From: Chloroflexota bacterium
Lineage (GTDB): Bacteria; Chloroflexota; Dehalococcoidia; Lucifugimonadales; GCA-2717565
NCBI GenBank assembly: GCA_002717565.1
Contig: PBAZ01000001.1
Location: 261,683-325,682 of the forward strand
DNA length: 64,000 nt
Direction of reading: 5' to 3'
Numbering within the stretch: the stretch's first letter is position 1; each line of letters starts with the position of its first letter. Of this stretch, positions 1-8,636 are shown piece after piece. Made by a program: the position numbers and the translations under genes. The notes under the pieces were generated by a model. The model was not told where the DNA came from, did no database searches, and saw only the letters and a list, made by a program, of their open reading frames with translations.

Positions 1-593
1 CCGGAACCCTCTAATTGAGACCTATAAATAGTGCCTAGTGAGCCGACTGCAGCTATCGCTCCCCCTTGAAAAAGGCTCATGTTTGGACCCAGCATCAGAG
101 GAGATTCATCTTCCAATCCTGTACTGTACATTTCGCCGCCCATGGCATACAGCACTATTTCAGATAGGTCATAATCTTTGTAAGGACCTGTTTGTCCGAA
201 ATTGCTTATAGAGATATAGGACAATTTCGGGTTGATTTCCTTCACGTCTTGATAGCTGAGACCAAACCTATCCATAGTACCTGGTTTGTAACTCTCCACA
301 ATAGCGTCAGCATTTTTCAGTAATTCTTGGGCGATTTTCGCCCCAGCATTTGTTTCAAGATTCAATGTCACACTCTTCTTGTTTGTGTTTAGAAACAAGA
401 ACATGCCGCTTTTTTCGATATGTGGAAGATCGTCAGGGAAAGGTCCTGACCTTCTAGTGCCGTCACCGACACCAGGGCTTTCAATCTTGATTACTGTGGC
501 TCCATAATCTGCCAGGAGTTTAGTTGCATATGGCCCACTGATTCCTTCAGTGAAATCTATGACGGTTATCCCAGAAAGGGCTTTGTCGGTCAT
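1..593 (-). CDS. Family III CoA-transferase (CaiB/BaiF-like), N-terminal part; the gene runs off the left edge
   Basis: My own translation of the minus strand from ATG 593..591 gives MTDKALSGITVIDFTEGISGPYATKLLADYGATVIKIESPGVGDGTRRSGPFPDD..., the typical N-terminal signature of family III CoA-transferases. A GAGGGGAG Shine-Dalgarno lies just upstream. It is absent from the ORF track because it has no stop codon inside the window. Confidence 0.8.
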   Translation of the reverse strand, partial: MTDKALSGITVIDFTEGISGPYATKLLADYGATVIKIESPGVGDGTRRSGPFPDDLPHIEKSGMFLFLNTNKKSVTLNLETNAGAKIAQELLKNADAIVESYKPGTMDRFGLSYQDVKEINPKLSYISISNFGQTGPYKDYDLSEIVLYAMGGEMYSTGLEDESPLMLGPNMSLFQGGAIAAVGSLGTIYRSQLEGS

Positions 594-684
594 ATTGTCT
601 CCCCTCAATAGCATTTGTTCTAGTCAACTGCACTCAGTCACTATATTACGGTGAGTGCTAATCGGAGTTGCCTAGTGAGCAGTA

Positions 685-1446
685 TTAGTCCGATTCATCT
701 TGTTCGTCTGCAGTTACTGAATAGCTAAGAGCGCCACCTATAGCCGCGTTAGGTCCTTTTTTCTCTGACCGCTTTTCTTTCTTTGGTATTGAGTTTATTA
801 GGTCCCTGATTTTTGTTATAGATGTGAAATCGTTGTCGCTTGTATCTACTACTAGTCCTTCGACACCTAAATCTTTTATCAGGGACAGTAATGTGATTGG
901 GATGTCACTTGGCAGTTCGAGTAGGAGGGGTTTATCAATGATGGAACGAATTGTTCCTAGGCGGCCAATTGTCTCCAATGAAACTTTGGTGTTGTCTTCT
1001 ATGCATACTGTAATTGCATCTATAGGTACGTTTGACATGTCCAAAAGAGAATCGGTACTGATTGATAAGGGTATTCGTAGAATCTTAGCAATATCAGTTT
1101 GCCTCATTAGTTCTAAGGAGAGTATATCGGCTGAGAACGCTATGAAATCTGGCTTATTAGCGTTATCTTCACATATTTTCGTAATAACTTTGTCTGTGTT
1201 TTTGCTATCCCATATACCCCAAGGAAGATCCACCTTCGTATCCGAATGTTTTTTTAGGCTGCTTAGAGTTGGAACCACGCTCGCAACACCATCAGCAGGT
1301 ATCGAATTTTTGCCTGATGCAGTAACATCTGCGACCGCGATTATGATTGGTAGTTGTCCTGTAGACTGTTCTTGTGACTGCGCAAATCCTATACGACGTT
1401 CCGGTCCAGTAGTCAGTCTTCCTATTAAATCTATGATGTCACTCAT
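685..1446 (-). CDS. Hypothetical protein, 253 aa, with a basic KKEKRSEKK patch and an acidic C-terminal tail
   Basis: Long ORF with a GAAGGCGGA-like SD upstream of the ATG. I recognise no catalytic motif. The opposite-strand ORF 824..1450 is a shadow of it. Confidence 0.55.
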   Translation of the reverse strand: MSDIIDLIGRLTTGPERRIGFAQSQEQSTGQLPIIIAVADVTASGKNSIPADGVASVVPTLSSLKKHSDTKVDLPWGIWDSKNTDKVITKICEDNANKPDFIAFSADILSLELMRQTDIAKILRIPLSISTDSLLDMSNVPIDAITVCIEDNTKVSLETIGRLGTIRSIIDKPLLLELPSDIPITLLSLIKDLGVEGLVVDTSDNDFTSITKIRDLINSIPKKEKRSEKKGPNAAIGGALSYSVTADEQDESD

Positions 1447-1523
1447 GTAGTCCGCCTTCGTATTAATTTTTGCATTGTTGATTAACTATGGTAGAGGTGT
1501 TTGAATTCCCGGTGTGAATCCTA

Positions 1524-2249
1524 TTAGGTCTCGCCCTCGAGTGTGTAAGGGGCTACTATGATGCGAGTTGCCACATCTATTCCTAGCGGTACCGAGGCAC
1601 CCACAGAATTTTGAATTACGATAATACCTCTATAAGCGGCATTCTCCACTACCGATACAGTATTGTCTGGGAGAATCTCATTATCAACTAGATATTTTAG
1701 CAATACAGTATCTTCTTCTGGTACCCGGCAGACTACATATGGAACATTTTCGCCCCCGGTATTTAGCGAGATCCTGCTTTTGTAGTTACGTGGGAGTTCA
1801 TGACCAGGGATTAAGCCCCCGAATGGGCATGTACTAGGGTTTCCCAATTTTTGGGTAGCAGCTGCAAGGAATTCCGATGACATGGCGTGCTCGAGTCTAT
1901 GTGCCTCAATATGAGCTCTGTGGAGCGGTACTCCAATCAAATCAACAACCATTCTTTCCGCTATTCTGTGTCTGCGCACTATGTCTTTTGCATTCGCTGA
2001 TCCGGTATTTGTGAGAATGACTTCTTTGTTCGAGGTGATATCAACTAGTCCCTCCTTTGCCATTCTGCGAAGCATTCCAGCCACGGATGATGTCGAAGTC
2101 CCAAGGCGTTCCCCTTCGGGTAAATCGCGAAGACGTGAGGATAAGTTCTTGAAATTTGAGTCCAGACCTTCCTCGTCCAGCGTGTACAAGCAAAGCAGAT
2201 AGTTTTCTGCTACGGATGATAATTCTTGCGATTGTGCGTCATTAGTCAC
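1524..2249 (-). CDS. DtxR/MntR-family metal-dependent transcriptional repressor with a C-terminal FeoA/SH3-like domain
   Basis: N-terminal winged helix (AENYLLCLYTLDEEG ... SVAGMLRRMAKEGLV), then a metal-binding/dimerisation segment (RRHRIAERMVVDLIGVPLHRAHIEAHRLEHAMS) and a roughly 70-aa C-terminal barrel-like domain. This is the DtxR/IdeR/MntR layout. Confidence 0.85.
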   Translation of the reverse strand: MTNDAQSQELSSVAENYLLCLYTLDEEGLDSNFKNLSSRLRDLPEGERLGTSTSSVAGMLRRMAKEGLVDITSNKEVILTNTGSANAKDIVRRHRIAERMVVDLIGVPLHRAHIEAHRLEHAMSSEFLAAATQKLGNPSTCPFGGLIPGHELPRNYKSRISLNTGGENVPYVVCRVPEEDTVLLKYLVDNEILPDNTVSVVENAAYRGIIVIQNSVGASVPLGIDVATRIIVAPYTLEGET

Positions 2250-2469
2250 TGTGCGATCCTTGTGTTGTTTCTATGTATGTTCCCACGGTCAATTCTTTGG
2301 TCTTATCTGAACTGTCTTGCCATACCCTACTCTTTCCCATAATTGATGGTCAAGAGACATAGACATGAAATTGAAGTTGCAGTATGACTAGATTTGATGT
2401 AAAAGTGAAATTATGCAGCATTGGCAGAATTAATAGGTGGCTGGTAATTGATCTAAAATGAGGTGTTTG

Positions 2470-2838
2470 ATGACCTATGGTGTTGTAGGCGTGACTATAT
2501 GGACTCAAGATGACGATAGCCTTGAGTCCATGATTGGGTTTTATCGAGACCAACTTGGTATGGATGTGCATTCTCGGCATGAAGGATGGGCTTCGTTTAA
2601 GTTTGGTGGTATGAGGTTTAACATAGGGGTGCATAATTCCATTACCCATGCACCCCGTGATCCGTATAGGACAATGATTAATTTTGGAACCGACGATATA
2701 TTTGAACTTTTTGATAAACTTGAAAGCTGGGGGGTTGATGTGATACGGAATCCTGAAAAAGAGCATTGGGGAGGATGGGTCGCGACTTTTCATGATCCGG
2801 ATGGGAATGTGATTCAATTGCTTCAACTGGAAGATTAG
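2470..2838 (+). CDS. VOC (glyoxalase/bleomycin-resistance/dioxygenase) family protein
   Basis: Small beta-alpha-beta-beta-beta type sequence ending ...GGWVATFHDPDGNVIQLLQ, typical of VOC proteins. I prefer ATG 2470 (GAGGTG SD at 2460..2465) over the track start at 2458. Confidence 0.75.
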   Translation: MTYGVVGVTIWTQDDDSLESMIGFYRDQLGMDVHSRHEGWASFKFGGMRFNIGVHNSITHAPRDPYRTMINFGTDDIFELFDKLESWGVDVIRNPEKEHWGGWVATFHDPDGNVIQLLQLED

Positions 2839-2945
2839 TTTCCTGTGTGTCTGGCGATTAAGTGGAGGCACAATTGGATGATACATATAATATTAAGGGG
2901 CGAAGGAGATCTTTTACGGTCCATTTGCGATAAGGAGATAGCAGT

Positions 2946-3353
2946 ATGCTAATTATATCTAAAAAAACAGCCGAAGAAATAATTAAGCATGCGCGTGACG
3001 ATATTCCTAACGAATGTTGCGGCATCTTGGCGGGTACCGAGAATCTTGTGCGTGGTCACTGGCGTGTTTCGAATGCAGAGGCAAGTCCGTATCGGTATAG
3101 AATGGATCCAAAAGAATTCTTAAACGTTAATTATGTGGTAGAAGAGAACAATTGGGAAATTTTAGCTTTTTATCATTCTCATACTAAAACGGAAGCTTAT
3201 CCATCAGATACTGATGTACGATTGGCGCGACTGGTTGATTGGCCCGGTGCTTATTATCTTCTGGTTTCTCTTATGTCCCCGGAAAGTCCTGTGATTCGGG
3301 GATTTTGTATAACAGATAATGGAGTGGATGAAATCACCATTGAGATAAGATAA
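2946..3353 (+). CDS. JAMM/MPN+ metalloprotease (Mec/QbsD-like, Mov34 family)
   Basis: Conserved Glu in PNECCGIL and an intact JAMM motif H-x-H-x7-S-x2-D in FYHSHTKTEAYPSDTD. AAGGAG SD upstream of the ATG. Confidence 0.85.
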   Translation: MLIISKKTAEEIIKHARDDIPNECCGILAGTENLVRGHWRVSNAEASPYRYRMDPKEFLNVNYVVEENNWEILAFYHSHTKTEAYPSDTDVRLARLVDWPGAYYLLVSLMSPESPVIRGFCITDNGVDEITIEIR

Positions 3354-3405
3354 ATGCTATTATTCACGCTGGCCTATGCGAATCTACAAATTATTGGAGC
3401 TAGAT

Positions 3406-4002
3406 ATGAAAATAGGTTTAATATCCGATACTCACACTCCTGGAGACGGGCAAGGTGTTCCTGAGAGTGTTCATAAGGTTTTTGATGGAGTTGATCTGAT
3501 TTTGCACGCTGGGAACATATTTGTCAGTTCTATTTTGGATGAACTAGAGACTATTGCCCCAGTGAAAGCAGCCGGCAGCAAAGACCGTGATAAGTTGTGT
3601 TTAGATGGTAGCCATAGCTGGAAGCCTGCTGGGTGTTGGTGCGCCGATGATCGGGTAGAAGAAATCCAAGTGATAGAAGCAGAAGGTTTGACTATCGGGC
3701 TTATTCATGAACTAGTAGTTCCGGGCTATAGTGATCGCATATACCCAGGGTCACTGACCCGAGGATTTAATTATGATGAATCTCAGCCGTTGATCCCTGA
3801 TGAGACGTTTGGGAAACGCGTGGATATAATTGTTTTTGGACACACCTGTACTGCTTTACATGAAGAGTATGGATCAACTGTGTTAATCAACCCTGGCAGT
3901 CCAACCTTGCGTAATGAACTGAGACGAGTAGGTACTGTGGCGACGCTTGAGATAGTTGATCAAAAGCAAACGGTCGAGATAATTGATTTGGCCGCTCTTT
4001 AG
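3406..4002 (+). CDS. Metallophosphoesterase, YfcE/MJ0936 family
   Basis: MKIGLISDTH at the N-terminus, then LHAGN and GHT motifs and NPGSP near the C-terminus. TGGAG SD before ATG 3406; the track start at 3376 adds 10 aa. Confidence 0.8.
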   Translation: MKIGLISDTHTPGDGQGVPESVHKVFDGVDLILHAGNIFVSSILDELETIAPVKAAGSKDRDKLCLDGSHSWKPAGCWCADDRVEEIQVIEAEGLTIGLIHELVVPGYSDRIYPGSLTRGFNYDESQPLIPDETFGKRVDIIVFGHTCTALHEEYGSTVLINPGSPTLRNELRRVGTVATLEIVDQKQTVEIIDLAAL

Positions 4003-4058
4003 CAGTCTGACTAGCTAGCCCAGAAGATTGGTACCCAATTTCTGGCGCCTTATGCATG

Positions 4059-5102
4059 TCAGATAATTTCAATTACGTGGTGAGATTTTGGTGTGATCTC
4101 ACCAATGACTGTAGATTGAGGCGCTCCTGCTGATGCTAATTTCGCTACAAGTTGATCCGCTAGGTCTGCACGTACTGAAATTAACAATCCTCCAGATGTC
4201 TGGGCGTCACATAGCAAGGTTTGATTGTCTGTTGACATATCTTGTGGCCACAATGTGTAGTCGATGCTTGCTATCCTGTTGTTTTCGGTTCCTCCGGGTA
4301 TAACTCCCTTGCGGACATAATCAAGGCATCCATCTATTTTCGGCACACTTGCGGAATAAATTTTGGCGGTTACGTTACTGGCTTTAGCCATTTCTGCGGC
4401 GTGACCGACTAGACCGTATCCCGTTATATCAGTGCAAGCATGGGGATTGAAATCGAGCATTATTTGCGCAGCCACATTATTTAGCTCTGACATGATGTTA
4501 ACTGTTGGCTCGAGTTCTTTGCGATGGATTAGTTGCTGTTTTGCAGCTGTTGTCATTATCCCAGTCCCAATTGGCTTTGTTAAAACCAATCGATCACCGG
4601 GCAAACTTCCTGCATTGGTTACGTACGAAGTGTCGCCTACAATACCGGTCACAGCAAGTCCGTACTTCGGTTCATCATCTTTTATAGTGTGCCCCCCAGC
4701 TAGGACAGCTCCAGATTCTTGGATTTTTTGGGCGCCTCCTTGTAAGATTTCAGCCAATATGCCTGGATCCAAATGTTCTGGGAAAGCCACTAAATTCAAC
4801 GCGGTCAATGGTTTCCCTCCCATTGCATATATGTCACTCAGTGCATTAGCTGCAGCGATCATACCGAATTCGTATGGATCATCTACAATTGGAGGGAAGA
4901 AATCAGCGGATTGCACTAATGCAAGACCGTTGCCAATGCGGTATACAGAAGCATCATCATTCGTATTCAGGCCTACCAAAAGGTCGGGATGTTCAAATTT
5001 TGGAATATTGTTTAAAACCCGCTCCAAGTCCTTGGAGCCAAATTTTGCTGCTCAACCACTGCAACTGGCAAGGTGAGTGAGTTTTATGCTGTCTCGATCC
5101 AA
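4059..5102 (-). CDS. selD: Selenide, water dikinase SelD, selenocysteine-containing form (in-frame TGA at 5054..5052)
   Basis: The body is an unambiguous SelD/PurM-like ATPase (DFFPPIVDDPYEFGMIAAANALSDIYAMGGKP, GGHTI). Extending the frame upstream of the track start gives (TTG)DRDSIKLTHLASCSG-TGA-AAKFGSKDLERVL. This is colinear with the E. coli SelD N-terminus [26 protein letters not shown], and the TGA aligns with catalytic Cys17. TTG 5102..5100 is preceded by AAGGAGG with a 5-nt spacer. Confidence 0.85.
5021..5054 (-). promoter_or_regulatory. Sec recoding site: UGA codon plus candidate bacterial SECIS hairpin
   Basis: A perfect 7-bp stem with a 4-nt loop starts 13 nt 3' of the UGA: mRNA GCUCCAA-GGAC-UUGGAGC (plus-strand 5021..5038 gctccaagtccttggagc). 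Flanking AAAUUU / GGGUUUU could extend the stem through an internal loop. Confidence 0.5.
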
Positions 5103-5279
5103 AATTGCCTCCTTTGCGTTGAGTGGTTAATTCCCTTCAAAAGTTGCACTTATGTAGTGTGGTTCTTATGAGTGGACTTGATTTATAATACCATGGCGAA
5201 TTTCGTTAACATAATTGTATAACAAACGACACAACTAACAGTATGGTTGTTAATATTTCTACTTAGGGGCATTGAATTA

Positions 5280-6560
5280 ATGAGTAACGTGGTTGATATT
5301 CGGGCTCGTAGCATACTGGATTCTAGAGGCTATCCCACTGTGGAGGCCCAAGTAGTCGTATCTGGAGGAGTAATTGGTACAGCAGCTGTCCCGTCTGGTG
5401 CCAGTACAGGCAAACATGAGGCTGTGGAACTTCGGGATATGGATCGAGATCGGTATCGTGGTAAGGGAGTAGAAAAGGCGGTATCAAATGTGACTGGTGT
5501 GTTGAAAGATTCCATTTTGGGTATGGATATTCATGACCAAGCACAAATTGATCATGCTCTGATCCTTGCAGATGGAACTAGCGACAAACATCGCATGGGT
5601 GCAAATGCATTGTTGGCGGTCTCTTTGGCTTGTGCGCATGCAGCAGCCAATTGCGAGCAGGCACCCCTATATGACTACTTTGGTGCTAACGACGATAAAG
5701 TACTTCCTGTTCCATTCCTTAATGTTCTCAACGGAGGGCGTCATGCTTCTGGGGCATCTGACATTCAAGAATTTATGCTAGTTCCTGCCGGGTTCGATTG
5801 TTTTAGTGATGCGCTCAGATGTGGAGTTGAAATATATCATGCTCTTGGACGGTTGTTGGAAGAGAAACAATTGTCGACAACTGTGGGTGATGAAGGGGGA
5901 TTTGCCCCCTCTTTGGGTTCAAATCGTGCTGCTTTGGATTTGTTGATGATCGCGATTGAGTATGCAGGGTATAAACCTGGCGATCAGGTAATGCTGGCGC
6001 TCGACGTTGCTGCAACGGAATTGTGGTCTGAAAAAGGCTATAATCTTTTAGTTGAAAACACCTCACTAAGTGGGGAACAAATGGTGGATATGTATCAAGA
6101 TTGGATTAAGAGTTATCCACTGATAAGCATAGAGGATGGATTAGGAGAAGATGCGTGGGAAGACTGGAAATTGATGAATTACCGACTAGGGCAGCTGGTG
6201 CAATCAGTAGGTGATGACTTGTATACTACTAATATAAACAGGATCAATAAAGGTGTAGAGGCGGGGGCTAGTAACGCTGTATTGATTAAGCCGAATCAAA
6301 TCGGTACCCTTACGGAAACTTTTGATGCTATCAATCTTTGCAATAAGGCTAATTGGGCAGCGATGATGAGCCATCGGTCTGGTGAAACTGAGGATACGAC
6401 GATCGCGGACCTTTCCGTTGCGACCGGAGTCGGCCAGATAAAGGCTGGAGCTCCAGCTCGTACAGAGAGAGTAGCAAAGTATAATCGATTATTGAGAATT
6501 GAAGAAGCTTTAGGTTCCAGCGCGATATATGCAGGGATGCGGGCCTTTAAGCATCTGTAG
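5280..6560 (+). CDS. eno: Enolase (phosphopyruvate hydratase)
   Basis: MSNVVDIRARSILDSRGYPTVEA..., SGASTGKHEA, IKPNQIGTLTET, SHRSGETEDTTIADL. The canonical start is ATG 5280; the track TTG 5247 adds 11 aa. Confidence 0.96.
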   Translation: MSNVVDIRARSILDSRGYPTVEAQVVVSGGVIGTAAVPSGASTGKHEAVELRDMDRDRYRGKGVEKAVSNVTGVLKDSILGMDIHDQAQIDHALILADGTSDKHRMGANALLAVSLACAHAAANCEQAPLYDYFGANDDKVLPVPFLNVLNGGRHASGASDIQEFMLVPAGFDCFSDALRCGVEIYHALGRLLEEKQLSTTVGDEGGFAPSLGSNRAALDLLMIAIEYAGYKPGDQVMLALDVAATELWSEKGYNLLVENTSLSGEQMVDMYQDWIKSYPLISIEDGLGEDAWEDWKLMNYRLGQLVQSVGDDLYTTNINRINKGVEAGASNAVLIKPNQIGTLTETFDAINLCNKANWAAMMSHRSGETEDTTIADLSVATGVGQIKAGAPARTERVAKYNRLLRIEEALGSSAIYAGMRAFKHL

Positions 6561-6599
6561 TAGTTCGTCATAAATCCTATGAGGAATTTGAGGGGTACT

Positions 6600-7607
6600 A
6601 TGAAAATTGGTATTAACGGATTTGGGAGAACTGGGCGTCAAGTACTTAGGACAACTATGGAGAGGTATCCGGGAAAACTTGAAGTTGTCGCAGTGAATAC
6701 CAGAAGTGACGTAGAGACGAGTGCTCATCTTTTTAAATACGACACTAACTACGGCACATATCCGGGCACGGTGGAAGCACAAGATGGGGCGATAAGTATA
6801 GATGGCCAGAGGATTATTGCCTTTGCAGAAGCAAACCCTGAACAGATCCCCTGGAGTGAAGCTGGAGTAGATGTAGTAGTGGAATCAACTGGCTCATTCA
6901 CAGATGCTACTAGTGCTTCCGGACATCTCAAGGGGGGAGCAAAGAAAGTTATAATCTCGGCACCTGCCAAGGGTGAAGACATTACCATAGTCTTAGGCGT
7001 TAATGAGGAACTGTATCGTCCCAGTGAGCATACTATCGTATCAAACGCATCCTGCACGACGAACTGTATAGCTCCTATGGTCAAAGTACTGCAAGATTCT
7101 TTTGGGATCAAGCATGGTCTTATGTCTACCGTTCATGCCTATACCAATGATCAGCAGATCCTGGATAAATCTCACAAGGACTTGAGGAGGTCACGGGCTG
7201 CTGCTCAGAACATTATCCCAACAACAACGGGTGCAGCCAAAGTGGTTGGAATGATAATGCCTGAATTGGAAGGGCGAATTCATGGTTTAGCCTTCAGGGT
7301 TCCTGTCTCAACAGTTTCCGCAACCGATTTTGTAGCAGAACTAAATCGCCCAACTTCTGTGGACGAAGTTAATGCTGCTTTTCAGAAAGCAGCACAAGGG
7401 GCGATGAAAGGTATTCTAGATTATACGGAAGAACCTCTTGTCAGTAGCGACTTTAAGGGAAATCCTCATAGCTGTGTTATAGATGGACTTACTACGATCG
7501 TGGTTGATGGGACTATGGTTAAGGTGGTTGGGTGGTATGACAACGAGTGGGGATATGCCACTCGTATAGCAGATTTTGCGGCGTTGATTGCGGATAAGGG
7601 GCTATGA
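6600..7607 (+). CDS. gap: Glyceraldehyde-3-phosphate dehydrogenase, type I
   Basis: [13 protein letters not shown], active site [25 protein letters not shown] before ATG 6600. Confidence 0.96.
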   Translation: MKIGINGFGRTGRQVLRTTMERYPGKLEVVAVNTRSDVETSAHLFKYDTNYGTYPGTVEAQDGAISIDGQRIIAFAEANPEQIPWSEAGVDVVVESTGSFTDATSASGHLKGGAKKVIISAPAKGEDITIVLGVNEELYRPSEHTIVSNASCTTNCIAPMVKVLQDSFGIKHGLMSTVHAYTNDQQILDKSHKDLRRSRAAAQNIIPTTTGAAKVVGMIMPELEGRIHGLAFRVPVSTVSATDFVAELNRPTSVDEVNAAFQKAAQGAMKGILDYTEEPLVSSDFKGNPHSCVIDGLTTIVVDGTMVKVVGWYDNEWGYATRIADFAALIADKGL

Positions 7608-7638
7608 TTTTCGGCGAGGCAGCGATCATTGCGTATAG

Positions 7639-8448
7639 GTGTTGTCTATGGGGATACCGGATTACACGCTACTAGATACACCTGAAATTTCCTCAAGGAT
7701 GTTTCAACTGGATTCGGACGGCATTCCTAGTTCTTTCGGCAGATGGGAACCATTGCCCGAAGGGGCCAGCAGTCACGTAGTAAACGCGGCGGGAGTCGCA
7801 TTGGCTTGCAGGCTATTCCCTTCCAAAGAATCTTCATCATCGATCTTATTTTTTCATGGGAATGGTGAAGTAGTTAGCGATTACAATAATATATACCCCC
7901 ATATTTATCCAAGGGGCATAAGCCTTTTTGCTGCTGAATATAGGGGGTATGGAGCGAGTTACGGAACCCCAACCTACTCAACAATGATTTCGGACGCTCA
8001 TCATGTATACAGATACTTTATCGAATCTCTTAAGCAAGAATCTGGTGGCGACAAGATTTTTGTAATGGGAAGATCGCTTGGAGCTGCTGCTGCTCTAGAA
8101 CTGGCTGCTTATTATCAAGATGACTTGGATGGAGTAATTATTGAGAGCGGATCAGCTGGGATGAATGGCTGGGATCGATGGTTTAGAGGTTCGGATGAAT
8201 TGGAAAAACTTCGAAATCTGCAAGGGAATCACAGGGATAAGTTGAAATCAATTTCGATTCCGTTGCTCACTATACATGGAGATAACGATGCTATGGTGCC
8301 TCTCGAGCGCGCTTTTGAGTTGCACGATATGGTGGCTTCAGAAGTAAAAGTACTGGACATCATTCCAAATGTTGGGCATAACACTATATTTTTGTATGGT
8401 ATGGAGACATATATGCAATCGCTAGAATCATTTATCAATAAGGTGTGA
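7639..8448 (+). CDS. Alpha/beta-fold hydrolase
   Basis: FFHGNGE oxyanion-region motif, nucleophile elbow GRSLGAA (G-x-S-x-G), a late HGDND acid and a GHN histidine region. Confidence 0.75.
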   Translation: MLSMGIPDYTLLDTPEISSRMFQLDSDGIPSSFGRWEPLPEGASSHVVNAAGVALACRLFPSKESSSSILFFHGNGEVVSDYNNIYPHIYPRGISLFAAEYRGYGASYGTPTYSTMISDAHHVYRYFIESLKQESGGDKIFVMGRSLGAAAALELAAYYQDDLDGVIIESGSAGMNGWDRWFRGSDELEKLRNLQGNHRDKLKSISIPLLTIHGDNDAMVPLERAFELHDMVASEVKVLDIIPNVGHNTIFLYGMETYMQSLESFINKV

Positions 8449-8636
8449 TTCGTCTAACTTGACGAATTGTATTTTCCCCCGCTAGCGGGTGTGTTTGATT
8501 TGCTTTCCTCTCGCACGGATGACGACTGAGATGGGTTGTGTTACACTTATTTACTATCAAACAAAACAATCGAGTTATCTGGATTGGGAAGTCTTGATAT
8601 AGAACGCGAGTAAAGCTAGCTAATGAGGTGCCTGAA

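Noticed and set aside
824-1450. 208-aa plus-strand ORF
   Set aside because: It lies entirely antisense to the 685..1446 gene, has no SD and has a Ser/Ile-rich low-complexity composition typical of a shadow frame.
2350-2886. 178-aa minus-strand ORF spanning the VOC gene
   Set aside because: It is antisense to a gene with clear family motifs. Its composition is His/Pro/Lys/Ile-rich with no motif, and it would run through the divergent promoter region.
5025-5027. TTG start codon used by the ORF track for selD
   Set aside because: It lies inside the SECIS-like hairpin and removes the conserved catalytic N-terminal loop. The frame continues upstream through a TGA aligned with the catalytic Cys/Sec to an SD-preceded TTG at 5102.
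4432-5080. Several plus-strand ORFs (214, 60 and 68 aa) over selD
   Set aside because: They are antisense shadows of the well-supported selD frame.
8476-8503. Possible intrinsic terminator after the alpha/beta hydrolase gene (CCCGCTAGCGGG followed by tgtgtttgatttg)
   Set aside because: The stem is only 4 bp around a CTAG loop, and the T-tract is interrupted. This is too weak to call.
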